From the NCBI GenBank assembly GCA_964394335.1, contig CAYMVZ010000001.1, positions 7,360-71,359 of the forward strand: DNA of 64,000 nt, written 5' to 3'. The position numbers and the translations under genes are program-made. This DNA is from an uncultured Nitrospinota bacterium. Lineage in GTDB: Bacteria > Nitrospinota > Nitrospinia > CAJXCL01. Positions 63,371 to 64,000 of the stretch are shown here, one piece after another (within the stretch, counting starts at the first letter, position 1; every line of letters starts with the position of its first letter). A model generated the notes under the pieces. The model was not told where the DNA came from. It worked only from the letters and a program-made list of their open reading frames with translations, and searched no databases.

Positions 63371-64000
63371 TTGAGTACACTGTCCCACCAAGAAGCAAGG
63401 CGAACGTATGATCGAATCGGTTCGCGGCAAGACTCGCAGCGGTTCTACGAGGACCAGGCCACTTCGCTGGTCCTGCAACACGGAGATTTCACTTCCGCGG
63501 AGTCCGTATTCGAGTTCGGCTGTGGAACCGGTCGCTTCGCGCTGCGCCTGTTCGCGGAATATCTACCTGACACAGCCCACTACCGTGGAGTAGACGTAAG
63601 TCCCAGAATGGTTCAACTGGCTCAAACCCGCCTTGCGCCACACTCATCGCGGGCGGAGGTTATCCTTACTGAGGGCGAACCTCCGGTTGAGGAACCCGCC
63701 GAGTCCTACGATCGATTCATATCAAACTACGTCTTTGATCTACTGTCCCACGAGGATATCCGGGCCGTTCTTCGAGAAGCCCATCGGATTCTTCGCCCGG
63801 ACGGTTTGCTCTGCTTGTCAGGAATTTCCAGCGGGATCGGTTTTGTCTCGCGGATCGTGGCGGGCATGGTGAGCTGGATTCAGTCTATTCGCCCCTCTCT
63901 GGTGGGCGGTTGCCGCCCTGTCGATCTTCTACCATTTCTGCCGCAGTCAGAATGGCAGGTGCAACATCATTCGAAGGTGGTGGCTTTTGGTATTTCATCA
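63371..64000 (+). CDS. Class I SAM-dependent methyltransferase on a GC-rich gene cassette. TTG start after an AGGGG SD; 3'-partial. The ATG-based track splits it into wrong frames.
   Basis: Continuous open frame …EFGCGTGRFALRL…YDRFISNYVFDLL…ILRPDGLL… (motifs I, post-I, II). GC far above the flanks. Confidence 0.55.
   Translation, partial: MSTLSHQEARRTYDRIGSRQDSQRFYEDQATSLVLQHGDFTSAESVFEFGCGTGRFALRLFAEYLPDTAHYRGVDVSPRMVQLAQTRLAPHSSRAEVILTEGEPPVEEPAESYDRFISNYVFDLLSHEDIRAVLREAHRILRPDGLLCLSGISSGIGFVSRIVAGMVSWIQSIRPSLVGGCRPVDLLPFLPQSEWQVQHHSKVVAFGISS

Noticed and set aside
63408-63872. Track ORFs 63408..63593 and 63633..63872 as separate small genes.
   Set aside because: A single continuous frame from TTG 63371 to the window end encodes a coherent methyltransferase; the ATG-initiated ORFs are other frames of the same GC-rich DNA.

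Overview
This is a 64 kb AT-rich (roughly 35-37% GC by eye) segment of a diderm bacterial chromosome, read without tools; all homology calls come from motif recognition by memory. Most of it is core genome: the rpmH-rnpA-yidD-yidC-jag-mnmE block, queE, a complete type II secretion (T2SS) cluster (gspC-like, E, F, G, H/I, J, K, L, M, D), leuA, a complete hutHUIG histidine-utilisation operon, bioB, smc-lptE-holA, rpsT, kdsA, pyrK-pyrD and carA-carB. At the 5' end sit three alkaline-phosphatase-superfamily envelope proteins next to a TPR membrane protein. The less ordinary content is as follows. (1) A modular dispersed repeat family has two long copies directly bracketing the hut operon and several mini-copies at gene ends, and one copy is inserted IN FRAME inside the mnmE G domain (a Rickettsia-palindromic-element (RPE)-like situation). 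(2) A degenerate integron lies at the 3' end: a truncated intI N-terminal fragment, an attI-like region, a cassette with a recognisable attC (R'' TCCTAAC ... R' GTTAGGC), and a second, much more GC-rich (estimated ~58%) methyltransferase cassette running off the window. (3) A PilB/GspE-type ATPase carries a canonical C-terminal cNMP-binding domain and sits next to a MotA/MotB stator pair and a solitary pseudopilin. (4) A cNMP-binding-PAS-GGDEF protein has a degenerate GG(D/E)EF motif (GRDEL). (5) A BrnT/RelE-like toxin is inactivated by a poly-T frameshift and is followed by an intact ribbon-helix-helix (RHH) antitoxin. (6) Small palindromic TGTCATTC/GAATGACA elements and tandem heptamers cluster in the non-coding bioB-smc region. 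I saw no rRNA, tRNA or CRISPR.
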